Origin: Kudoa neothunni
Taxonomy: Eukaryota; Animalia; Cnidaria
DNA length: 64,000 bases
Assembly (NCBI GenBank): GCA_964304625.1
Contig: OZ199840.1
Coordinates: 4,130,490 to 4,194,489, forward strand
Direction: 5' to 3'
The notes beneath the pieces were generated by a model, which saw only the letters and a program-made list of their open reading frames with translations, had not been told where the DNA came from and did no database searches. The position numbers and the translations under genes were made by a program. This document shows, one piece after another, positions 39,531 to 52,652 of the stretch (position 1 is its first letter; each line of letters begins with the position of its first letter).

Positions 39531-42500
39531 CCTTCCGAGTAAAATTGGGGTATAAGTACACCCTAGTTTTTTTCTGCCAAATTATTGGAAAATAATAGTT
39601 AACTATTCCCGTGTAATGAGAAAAATTTGTGTCGAGTAATTTTTTAGTAATTAACGAGAAAACATTGTTAAACCAGTGCGTCCAAACCTTGGGGGTTTTT
39701 TGTTTATTTACATAACTTTTAGATTATTGAATTCTTTGAGACCATTTTATAAATAATAAGTTTTAGAATTAGGCAGAATAATCATATTTATTGTTTTAAT
39801 AATGGAGAGAATTAAAATTATTCGAAATTTTAAAAAGATATCACGATCGTCGGCAACGTGCTGTTTTCCGACCATTAGATAATTGTTATTTAATCAATTA
39901 TTCTTATGATTCTGTAATTGTATTTGAGTATTTCAACGCTGTCATAAAATTTTCTAGTTTTTTTAATAACATATTTTGAAATTATTGACGTATATTATTT
40001 TAAAGTATGCTTGAAACTTCAAACGGATCTCAAAAAAGAGCGTGGGATAATATGTGCTCCCATTGAGATTGGTTAAAAGTAGATTTTAAAGATTGGCTTA
40101 ATCAAGATGCTACGGACAAAAATTCCAGCTACTGCAAATGTTGAACGAATTTATTCATTAATGGACACAGTAAAAACTAAACAAACTCACTCATTAAAGG
40201 CTGAAATTGTGAAATGTAAACTTATCGCAAAGCAGTTGATCAGAAAAAATAATAATACGTGTTTGACGTCGCATCCAATAAATCAACAAATACATGATGT
40301 GAACAGTGGTGTTGTGAGCCAACGATACCTTGAGCGCTTGAAGAATAGATCAAGCTTCTTAACTGAAGGTTGTGAAGATGACTAAGACGGTTCAATTGAC
40401 GACAGTAATTTGAAAACGCGTTCAAAATAAAAATTTTTGTTAATTTAATAATACTATTGTGTTTTCTTTGCGACCTTGGGTTTTTTTCAGATAATCTCAT
40501 TGGACGCCCTGTGCTAAACCTTAACAGTGCGTGCATCGTGTATCGGTATATTTGGATGTTCTGGCGGTCAGAAAAATTTACACGAATCAATTAATGCTCA
40601 ACCTTATATGTATAAACAAAATTGGCTAATTCTTTAGAACTTTGAATACTCATAAAAATAAACAAATAAATAAACTAATATGTGTATTATTTATTACTAC
40701 AGTTAAGACAAATACATTTCGAATGTTTTTGCAACAAAAATTAGCACAAAATCCACATTTTGAGAAGTTTTCTTGTCATTTTTTCTCTTACATAATCGAC
40801 ATCTGCCTTGAACAGTCGTTTCCCATTCTACAATAGGTCTAATGTAGGGTTGAATACTTGGACTTTTTCTTGATAGCAGTGGACGTGTCATTTGCTCAGC
40901 CATCATCTTCTAGAAATCTCTTCTTCTAAGACTTACAGGAGAAAAGAGTTCTTTGAATATGCAAAAAGCATTTATCAAGATGATATAGATCATATTGAAA
41001 AACACAATTAGTGGAAAACGACGATTAATTCTTCTGACACTAATTGAAGTCAATAACCTTGCGATGGTATCAACTCTCCCTTTTATCGAATTAAACTGCA
41101 ATACAATGTCGGGCTTAAATGGCGCTTCAATTGCAATGTGTGTGTTACTTGAAGATGAATAAAGCATATAGACAGGCTTGTTCTTCCTCGGCAAATACTT
41201 TGATATCATCTTTTTGTAATTAAATACAAAAAGAGATGAATATAATGGGTGTCTTTTTGAGGTCGTAGATAGAGTGGAATATCACGTTTGTTTGCACGAA
41301 TGGTTCCAATAATTGAAGTTTCCCACTTAACAATTCATCAGCTTACTCAATTGACGTGAAAAAGTTGTCGCAAATAATGTTCCGCCCAGAGTTTATGATT
41401 GGTTCCGTAAGTTGCAAAACAATGCTTTCCCCAACATTAACAGTTCTTGTGTCATTCTGAAACCGCCTGCCCAAGTAGACGGACAAATTGCAAACATATG
41501 TTGATCTAGGATCAACTAATAAAAAAACTTAGTCCCATACATGGCAGGCTTCAAAGGCATATATTGCTTGAATTTGCAGCGACCCCGTAATGTAATAAAT
41601 TGTTCGTGGACGCAGAGATCTTCATATGGGCGAAAGCTACGATTAAGAAAATCAACCGAAATGTTCCAAAGATCCACGATATGCCAAAATTTGTCATTAA
41701 CTTTTCTCGAATAATTTCTCGAAATCTTGTTAATGTAAAGAGATCGCTGTATATTTTTCGTCCTTCTTCAGATCCAAACAATTCCTTAACAGGTTTATGG
41801 TTGTTTCTATATGTGCCCATTAAAATTAAGCATCCCATGAAGCCATCAAGTTCGGTTTCGTCTAATTTCGTCCAAGCATGGCCAAAAAATTTTTCTCCAT
41901 ATTTATTTGTAAATTTTAAAATCAACTTGTATACATCGTGATTAAATAACACCTTAAAAGTATCAACAACTTCGTTAAAATTTTGAAATATGTGGGGAGA
42001 AACGCCTGGACGATTATTTATACTTTCGGCTGACGTTCTAGAAGCTATGAGGTTTTCAGCTGTCCATATCACTCCATTTTTATCAACTAATGAGTCTAAT
42101 GGTACATTGGTAGTATAATCTTCATTATCTGATGATATGTTATCATCAAATAAGAAAACATAATCAGAAGAATCAATGTCAGAGCAACAACCACTGTAAT
42201 CACAACTCATTACTTTTCGCGTTTGTACATTCAGTAAACTGAATAAGTTATTGGCACTTTAAGGGTTATTTGACAATTAGAATTATCTAAAAAGTTTCGA
42301 ATATACTCCCTCAAATATTTTAAACAATTTTATCAAAAAAAATCTTGGGGTGTATTTACATCCCAATTTTACTCGGAAGCAGTTTTAGCGTTGTCGTAAT
42401 AAAAAAATTCAAAATGTTGCTTACGCCTTTTACGTATTACGTAAATTTATAAGATTAGCAAAAACATGAATTGTATCTATCGCGTTTGTAAGTTTTTAAT

Positions 42501-42560
42501 GGGAAAAATTTTCATCAACAATCTCCTGGGATGGAAATACACCCCATTTTACTCGGAAGG
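39531..42560 (-). mobile_element. decayed piggyBac element
   Basis: Terminal inverted CCTTCCGAGTAAAA(T)TGGGGT at 39531 and 42560, with an extra copy near 42347-42380. Minus-strand transposase fragments (ELDGFMGCLILMG, DNFFTSIE, FNSIKGRVDT, RRFPLIVFFNM); flanking TTAA degenerate. Confidence 0.8.
39674..40511 (+). mobile_element. hAT internal-deletion derivative nested in the piggyBac
   Basis: TIR CAG(T/G)GCGTCCAA; 8-bp TSD TGTTAAAC / TGCTAAAC; retains a hAT C-terminal fragment PATANVERIYSLM..VKTK (40107-40385). Confidence 0.75.
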
Positions 42561-42942
42561 TAAATTAATTTGATCTCATTTAAATTCACAAAATATTCTA
42601 AAATTACAATAAAATTACGACTAATTTAAAATTTATGAGTTATTGCAGGGTTTCAAGAAAAATGCGTTAAAGTGTTAACGCGTGAAACTCTGGTTACCAC
42701 CTGTATACGAATAAATTTTTGTTAATGAACACGCATACGATATAAGGATATGCCACATGTCATTCCGACTCTTAAATTTTTGGAAGATGAACAAAAATTA
42801 TGCAATATGGGACATTGAAATAAATAGATTATTAGGTAACCATGATTTTTTATGAAAAATCAGATAAGAATAAGTTTTTTAAGGATGAAAAAAAGATAAA
42901 AGTGACATTTTTAAGCGTAACGTTTATTTAATATGAAAGAGA

Positions 42943-45900
42943 CTAGCTGTTGGCATTATTTTTTGCTAGATGGATGGCTTTTTGAAGGATTTGACTTTTT
43001 TTTAGAACCATAGTCTAAATCATTGTTTATTTTTAACTTCAACTGTGGTATGGATTGAAAATACTTTGATAGAATTCATGAGAGCATCTCTGCCGTCTTC
43101 AATAGTGAAGTAAATCGACAAAATTCGATAGAAATCTTCAAGAACATTGTCGGTATTAGCAAGAAAATTATCCACCAAGCTTTTGTTATTTTCTAAATCA
43201 ACATAAAGTTATTTGTATTTCATATGAGGAAAAAGAACCTTGATTATATTTTTCTATAACGTTTTTTAGTAGATCTTTATCTATGGGACATATCTCCTCA
43301 TCATCATACGTCTAAATCGAAATTAGAAATATCTTGTCCCATTACCTTTATCTCAATAAAGAAATTTAAAAAATAATTTTTTAATATAAAAAGAGTATAA
43401 GTACAATTTTAAAATTTTCAAGAGCATTAATAATGTTGGGATCACTGAATAGTGGGGTACACAACGAAATTATATCCCCAAAAATATATTTGACGGATTC
43501 ATCCACAAGTTTTAGGCATTGTTTTCTCACTTCAGTCTCTAAAATCTACAATGTGATATATTAATCTTATACAAAAATAAAATAGAACAGAAATTAGATA
43601 AAATATAAATAAAATAAAGAATCATACAGAAAATGTGTTCACAGTATATTCATGAACCTTTGGAATGCTCTAAATAGTGGCGGATTTAAGAAGAGAAATG
43701 CACAGGAGAAACTAACTTGAGTCAGGAATGTTAGGAGCGGATTGCTAGTGTTGATTTGAAGAATATTGCTTTTGTTGTTGTACAGCGATATGACTGCAGG
43801 TTTGAGATAATTCAACACTTCAAGTCGTCTATCTTTGAAGGTGAGGTCGTCACTCAAAATTTGTACATGTTGCGACAGTATTAGCAGATGTTTTATATAG
43901 AAAAGGCTAGAATGGATGTGCGTTTTCTAAAGCAATATCAGTGATAAAAGTCAAAAAGTCTTCTACTTGAATTTGCGACATTTGAGAGTAGGCATCCACC
44001 AAAGAATTCACACAACTGTTAATACTTGCGAAGGCGATTTTATTAAAAGTTTCTTTCTAGGATGACATCTTTAGTAAATAAAAAAATCTCACACAACTAC
44101 AGTAAAACATGGGCGTATTTTTGAAAGTAGAAAGCAGGTTCTTCTTACCGGCGGATACCACATTTCAGGAATATTGATCATAGTTTCTGTAGTGGATGTA
44201 CCTTTTTCGGAAATAGTCCCCTCAATAATGATTTTATCAGGATATGCGAGATCGCAGGAAGTAATTTTATAGTTAAAAATTTCGTCGTTAATGAACACCT
44301 ATTTAGGTTTTAATTGTAAATAAAACCACAAAAAATGTGATATGCTAACATACGTAAGCATGCTGATTAAGGAAATAGGCAATATCTTTGAGAAAAAGTG
44401 TGAAGTATTTAGAATGATATTGTTCCACATCTAACAACGAAAAAATTTCTCATAATGGCAGCACATCGTTTAGCTTACCATCATATGGAAATTGGAAATT
44501 TTTCAAATAATCGTTCTACATTAAAATTTACTTTCTACAACTCGCACGAATAGAAAATCACTTGGATGGTTATATAAAGATCGGTAAACTGTTCATAGTG
44601 TATTATTTTTGAGAGCTCTTTCAAAATCATTTGATGCTGTGACAAATAAATTTTTTGAATGATTTTTCTATAAAAAAATGAATATTTATCATTAATTAAA
44701 GTTTGGTTGAATTTTTAAAACTTTTAGACGACAGAGTCACAGTAGTAACAAATGATATACTGAATGTGGTCATTTTTCAAACAATCAAATATCTTGACCA
44801 GAAATTCACATTCTTTCGTAACTAACTGAGATAATAGCTTGCAATACTTCAGAATCTATAAATGAGAATAGTTCGATTCCTTACGGCCCTATTCAGCCAT
44901 ACAAAAAGACTTCGAGGTTGATGAAGTTGAGTCTGGTTCATTACCGTTGATTCTAACAGTGTTTTGGTACTATCACTCATCATATTCATCACTATGGACG
45001 TTCTTATTGGGCCGAATCGTGAATATATCTCATTATACATATTGAGGATTCTTTAATCGTAAAAAATATGAGTTCAAACTAATTTCCTAGTAGACACATA
45101 CTGTGTATCCTGCTGTAATTGGTTGGCATGGAATTGATGAATAAAAATCTGAAATAAATTTGCAAAAGAGATACTAAAGCAATTGGTACTTTAATGTTTT
45201 TTATTATAGGTAGATCAGTGTTGTATAGTCTGTCGAGGATAAGAGAAGTTGAGTTATCCTACGACGACCGACCATATTATTAATATTATTAAGAAGGTTA
45301 TATATTTATTAGTAGAAAATATTTAAATGTAATTGTGGATTAGATGAAGATTGACATACATCATTTTTGGAGTCATCATCGCACAGCTCATTTAACAAAT
45401 TATCGTATGTCACCATTTTAGTGATATAATCAAACATTTTCATTGCTATCAACTTATAGGATTCATTCAACTGTTTTTTGATTTCAGACGAATTCATAAA
45501 ATTATACTAAATCCAAATATACTTATTAAAACCTATTCCATTCTAAAACTGACATACATTTACGGTGAAAAACTGGATTGTTTCTTGGATTTGAGTGCAC
45601 AATTCTACCATAACTATTAGATCTAGATTTTCACATTCGAGTTTCTAATAGGAGAATAATTTGAGCTAAAATTGTAACGAGAAGTAGATTATTACCTTTT
45701 TTGTTTGCTCAACACAACCGTAGTATTTTAAATATTTTTGACATGTTTCATGTTGGATTTTTAGATGGCACTACATTTATTTACTCATAAGATTATAATA
45801 ATAAATTTTGATAGAAAGAAAATTTTCGTAATTAAATTCATAAACATTTTTATTACAATTAAAAATATTAATTTTTTTAAAGAAAATTAAGGTAAAATGC

Positions 45901-48900
45901 AATAAACAAGTTTTTTGAGTAAATTAGTTCTATTGAAGAAATTAAAAATTATATATAAAAAGGTTGGAAACTTGATAATATACTATTTAGTAATATTAAA
46001 TATCATTTTTCATTTTCAACAAATATAAAATTTTCTGTTTGGAAAGTTCAAATTTTGCAAACGCGAAATACTAATAAACTAATTAAAAATCATTGTCTGC
46101 TTTACTCGACTCCTTTAAGAGCATTGATTATTTAAATGAGGTGTATTAAGAAGCAGGACGTTTGTATCGACTAATATCTAAAAACTAACTAAGCATATAG
46201 AATACAATTTTAAAATTTATAGGATTATTTTGAACAAAGAAAGTAAACAAAAAATTATTCCAAAATATACCACATAATACATTAACCAAATTTAAATTTT
46301 GGTCAATTCATTAGCTTATTATATATAATTTGTTATTAACTAAAAACAAAAATTAAGACGATAATCTAACTGAGAATTTAATTTATGAATTACACAGGCT
46401 AACCCAAAAAATTATATTGCAAGTATTATAGTAAAATGTAATATATTATTATTTTTTCTACGCATACATATATTTATTTTTTCATTGATAATAGGATAAT
46501 GGCATAAGAATTGTAATCGATATGTATGCAGGCGCAAGATAATACGCAAGACAAAAGATGATTTGGATTATTTAACGAATATGAGGTGTTTCAAAACTTC
46601 CATAATTACATAAATATGGCTGAAAAATTATCAACTATAATATTTTTTATTTTAATTATAGCATAAAAATGGAGTAACATTTGAAACTTCGGACTACTAT
46701 TAAAGTTTTATCTGTTAATACGAAATATACGATACAAAGGAATCAATATTTTTGAATAAAAAGGATTATAATATGGAATTTTCGTAACTACAGAAGTTAT
46801 TTTTTCATTAAATAAGTTAGTTCTAATAGAAACTAACGAAACCAAACCTAAAAGCATAATACCATAATACGTGCTCGAAATTTAATGATTTGGGTCCCTT
46901 AAGGAATAAAGTGGAACCTTCTCTTTCTCTGGTGATCTCAATTAATTAGCTGTAATACTATTCCTGAAGTTAAAGAAACAAATATTTTCGTTTAATGATC
47001 AATAAAAATCTCGATTAATAACCAAACACTCAAACCTTTAATATATTACCAACGAGTAAAATCTGTTAATTTTATAAAAATAAAGTTGGAATTTTTTTCA
47101 CAGTCTCATGTTATAACTACAAAATATACTTAATTCAAAGTATAGAAACAGGTCTTTTCACATAATGCTTATTCTTTGTTCGTTGAATAATTAAAAACGT
47201 TGCTTTTATTAGATTAAATCTTACTGGGTCATGTTCAATCCAACAATTATACAGAAGCCTGGACAATATGACATTGTGGTGTTAGGTCGAGATCGCATGC
47301 CGAGTTGAGTTATTACCGCTTCCCATCTTAAAATGTGCTATGTTACTCATAAAACAACAATATGTAACCTAATTCAATATAATATTTATATTAAATCAAT
47401 ATAGATCGAGTCCAAACGTTAAAATAACATTTTCTATCCAGAGAGTATCCTACACGGCATGGCTTCTCGTTATCCTGTGCCGTCCAAATTAGTCAAAAAA
47501 TTTTTCATAACCCACATAAAATCTGCCATGACCCCAGGCCGGGAACACACTGTTCTAATGGATACTGCTAATTATTTAACCCCTCATCTATCATATAGTG
47601 AAACTTAGAGAATTTTGTAGATAACAATGGCGGTTTAGAAGAGATAAACGACAAAGAAAAATGGTTGGTTTATCTTCCACCTCAACAAAGTCAACAAAGA
47701 GGGGAAACAGACAAAGATGAAGAAACCCGAATAAATAAACACAGAGTATCTTTGCAAAACAGAACAGCTAAAATCTACTTAAAAATAAAAATACATCCCA
47801 AATAGTAATAATTTGAAATCTAAATATAGTTAAAACATAATAATTTAACAAATCTCCTTGATTTTGATGTTCACTTACGTTATATCATTAAGGACCCATT
47901 TCTACAGAATACACGGGAAAAAATTGATTTATTCGCGGCCGCTATAAATTTCGTGAATAATTATCAAAAAATTGAAACTCACTTAAAAAACAACAGATTT
48001 TCACTGTCGTACGTATTAAGGATGTTTTAAGAAGGAAGAGCATGAAATATTTTATAACTAAAGATCGTACGTGACACCGAAAGTTATGAGCGATATGAGC
48101 CGCCTACCTGAAGGGTTAATAGTTTAATTGTCCACAAACAACAAACACGCGAACAATTTGTTAACCCATGCTTCTAACGAATAAAAGAATTATACGACTT
48201 AATAATATAATTGGATTGTATAGAGAAATAAGCTAATTGAACTAATTCAAAAATGACTTCAATTGCCTTTCATTTAGAATCATTGTTCAAATTTCGTGTT
48301 CTCACTTTCATCAATTATAAACAAAAGGTCACATTTCAAAATATCAAAATATTGCCTGCAATTAAAACCAAGTTAATAATTTAATTAAACAGTTAAACAA
48401 CAAAAAGAAAATTTCAGGAGGATACTAATTAAGCTAATGCTTTTAATTCATGTCGAAATCCGATAAAAAATTAATAAAATATTAATTGATTTTAAATAAA
48501 AAATTAAAGCGCAATATTCAGACATAATTTACTTACAAATTTGATTTTTCAGTAGAAATTCTAATAAGAAACTATACCTGCGTTGTAGATATTTCGTGAC
48601 ACGGCAATCTAAAAGAATCTAACTCGTCCCCCAATTCAGTGACGTTTTTATTGCAATTTTCTAGCGTGTTAACAATCTTCTCAAAATTGCCAACAATATT
48701 TGGTAATTTTCTAAAGTAGACATCTTTTTCAGCTTTCAATTTAGAGAGAGTATCCGTGAAATTGTCGGTTTCTTCGTTCATTACACTTGAAAACAAATGA
48801 GCCATCGCTATATAAAATTGACGAACACGCCTTACTTTAAGTGATCATCAATATTTTTATACTAGAAAAATGATGGTGAGTGTGGAAAATGGGAAACAAA

Positions 48901-49088
48901 TAACTTGAGAGTTGTTTTCAGAGGATGATCCATTTTTATTGTCCTTAACATTAGGTGAATAAGCTACAAAAAAATCCAACTACATCTTCTTTTGAAGAAT
49001 AGATCTTGTTGTAGTAAAGGTCAAGATCGATTAGCAACTTTTTCTCGTGTTCATTTAGATTCTCGACAGAATCCCATTCCATCGCCAT
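42943..49088 (-). CDS. COG3: conserved oligomeric Golgi complex subunit 3 (Sec34)
   Basis: MAMEWD... start; RQFY...CHE exon; LAYPDKI, EMWYPPVRRTCFLLSKI, LFYIKHLLIL and SNPLLTFL are COG3 motifs. Many short introns and one of 2807 nt (45771-48577); stop at 42943-42945. One 5' junction near 48835 is unresolved. Confidence 0.85.
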
Positions 49089-49096
49089 CCAGCTTG

Positions 49097-49108
49097 TGCG
49101 CACATGCG
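49097..49108. promoter_or_regulatory. NRF1-like motif upstream of COG3
   Basis: TGCGCACATGCG 8 bp upstream of the minus-strand ATG at 49088. Confidence 0.4.
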
Positions 49109-50025
49109 ACGCAGCGTATTCTAATATTAAGGAGTATTGACATGGTTCGAACCGGAAAATCTAACTGGGATTGAATTAATAATTTTAATTATTCGGTTAA
49201 TTATATAAAAAAATTGGTTTCATTATTTATGAATAATGATACCTTTCAATTATTATCATTATCTAGTTTTATCTTTGTTCATTTAGTCAGCTGTTTTTTA
49301 ATTCAATATTTGTTGATATGTTTTTATCAAATAATATTAGTAATCAACATTAATATGGGCACGAACAGTGATACAGTAACAGCTTATCTGATGATTTCAA
49401 ATAAACATTCAATCATATATCAGCAGTATATTGTAATCATTTTTTAACGAAACAAATATCGAATTTTTATTCTTAGTTTTAAGAAAATTATTACCGATAA
49501 ATAACCAACTCACAATCGGGAGAATACTAATTAATTGTTTATCTGTACTTGTTGTAGGATTTTTGTTGAAATCTTATGTTATCAACTTGATATTACACTT
49601 TTTGAACGCCCTTTACCTCAAAGGTTACCAAATATTACCTAAACTTGCGATGTGCATTTGAAATATTTTTGATCAAATATATAAGCATTAAAGTCACGCT
49701 AGTTTTTAGACACTTTTCCAATTGTAACAGGTAACCGATATTGGAAATCCCCATGGGCTTGAAGAAGTGCGAAAAATCGGTCTCAGTAGGTTTTTCAATA
49801 TTTCTGTTACATGCGAATAAATCGAATACGTTCACAATCTTAAATTAATATAATTAAAGCTTCAAATATATTTTATTAATATTTTGTGGAAATTTATACT
49901 TGGATTATTATTATTATTTATTATTACTATGTAAAACGTCTCTCAGTTATGACAGTTAAGGTTAAATTATGCCTGAAAAATGTAATAAGTGTGATTAAAA
50001 TTGCATAAACAGAAATCTATTAGAA

Positions 50026-51545
50026 CAGTGTTTCCCTACAAACTTTACACTCATGCCCTCGTGCTAACTTAGCATTCCTCCAAGTGAAAGTCAAGGTTCA
50101 ATTTTACCAATTATTTATGTGCGAAAATAATAATACCAGTAAAGAAAGTCTTAAAATTATACTTTTTATTACTTTTATTGATTTATTAACTTGATAAATT
50201 TCCTACTTATTCCTAAAATTAATTAATTAAAACAAAATTTTTTCGGTTGACTCAATTTGCTACGCGCAAATAAAAAAGGATAAATATCGTTTCCTGCCTC
50301 ATGATTTTACACTCAACGATTGAAACTATTATTTATTCCTGTTTGAACATACCATTTTTATGTAAGGTAATAAATAATTATAATTAAAAATATTATTATT
50401 ATTTCAAAATATTAGAAGTAAAAAGTTTATATAAGTAATATTAAATTATAAAAATTATACTCTTTCGATTAAGTTATGTATTTGCGTGAGAAATTTAAAT
50501 AAGCCAAATAAATATAATCGATCCATATTGTTCACAAAAAACGACATTTAACAAAAATGTTACTTCGAATTTAATTGATCCGACGGCCGTCTCGCTCTCG
50601 CTGGTTTTTGATGAGTAATTCAAAGCGTGGCACTTTGTTAATCAATAATATATGCAAATCGTTTTAGGGATTCAGGGAATTTCAGTCATTTTTATTTGTG
50701 TACAGTAAAGTCGAGAAACCGGCTTCCTATGCCATCTTGTGCTTGATATTCCAAACGAATTCCTTATTCTATGTTGAGTCAGATTTATGTTTAATTATTG
50801 AGGCAATGGGTTAAGAGAAATTTAGAAAATTCAAAACAGATGCCTACTAAATGTAACCGAATATAATTTACTAATATATATATATATATATATTGTTTGA
50901 ATTAGCATTCATTTATTTAGGTGTGTATATGAATGAACTGGTTTTCGTTGTACCAACATTTAAACCACAATTTAGGTATAATTCATATCAGAGACCAGGT
51001 ACAAACTCGAACATAAAACTTAAAATGTTACATAATAAAGAATATACAATTAAATGATGGATCTCAAATTTAGACAGAAGACAAAATTAAAAGCACATTG
51101 TGGTTTACTTTTATGTATATAGTTTATTTCAAAATAGATAAAATGCTGACAACCTAATTACAGTTTAACCATATCAATATGTTACTTTAAAAGGTAACAA
51201 AGTCACAATTTTACATGAAAATATCAATTGCTAGATTTTGTACGTTGAATAGGCTTAATATAAATTATTACGTTATTGCACCATTTCGTAGAATCACATA
51301 AAACAAATTATAAATTAATCAAATTTTCATATCCCATTTTTTGAATTGAAACTACTCGATAAAAACACTTAAAAATGTTATTACACTCATGAAATCATTA
51401 TACAATTTAAAGAGGAAATAACACGGGTTATTCATTAAATAAATTACGATTAATTTTTTAACTTATTATAGAATGACTCCCGCACCCCCAATGATGGCTT
51501 TTCGGACCCCTAGACGGTGTCGAAACCCCCTGTAGGGAAACACGA
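50026..51545. mobile_element. non-autonomous hAT-like element
   Basis: CAGTGTTTCCCTACA at the left end and TGTAGGGAAACAC at the right; flanks are only an imperfect duplication; no coding remnant recognised. Confidence 0.5.
50874..50893. repeat. (AT)n microsatellite
   Basis: About 10 perfect AT units. Confidence 0.8.
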
Positions 51546-52652
51546 CTATAGATAATACACTAGATAACCAATTTTTCATATTTTAGAGCTTCCCAAGATT
51601 TTATTTGCACCAAAACAGAGAAGTTGTTAGAAAATATTTAGTCAATATTAAATACGAATTTAAAAAAATTGTTTAATAAAAATTTGATGCAAAAGTACGA
51701 AAAATTAGTTACTTACTTTGACTATGCATGTCGTCAAGATCAGCCGTTCCGCTTATGGTTTAAAATTTTTCTTGCTTACCGATCGCATGGCAAAGTTTAC
51801 ATAGAATATATCAAAGTAATTAGTAGAGACTAATAATCAACGGGCAAAAAATATCGAAGAGAATGTCTTGCTAGGTTTCGAAAAAAATTTAGTCCCAAAT
51901 ATTATTTTTGACAATTTCTTCGCGCCCTTTTCTTTTTCAGAAGAACTCTTCCGTGGGGAATGGCCATAATCGGGACGATTCGATGCAACAAGAGGAATAT
52001 TCTATTACATCTAAAAACTGTAGGAAATGGGATTTTATAGGACGTTTCTTTCGTAAATATTTATTCAAACTTATTTCGTTTAAAGGAAATATAAAATTGT
52101 TTTGTTATCGGCACATTTTTCGATAAATACAAACATTGAAGATAGGGAGCGCCAGAAACCAGGAATTATACCCTATTATAATTAATTCAAGGGTGGATCT
52201 GACGTACTTGATAAAATTATTTGTATAACTAATATAAACAAAATAAAAGTCGATTTCAAAATGTTGCTTTCTATAATATGATTGATCTCGGCGTAATTAA
52301 CCCTCAATAGGTGACCTTGGGCTCCAAGGGCCCACCTGAATAATAAATTGAGCATAATTCACTCAAAGAAATTTTTCTAACGTTTTTTACATGTAAATTG
52401 TTAAAATTATATTTTACATCCAGTCGAAAATTTTCAATGAATTCGAAATTTCTTATTTTATGCCGATATGCAGCTAAAAAGGATTATGGCAATAGCAATG
52501 TGCTTTATTTTGTGGAAGCGGCTATTCTTACGACAATGAATATCTTTGGTCCTACTTTAAATATTTCAACTATGAAATCAAAAACATGTGATTGCATTTT
52601 TTTCCTATACAATTTTTAATTTTTATAAATTAATATTTTTAAATCTTAGTTT

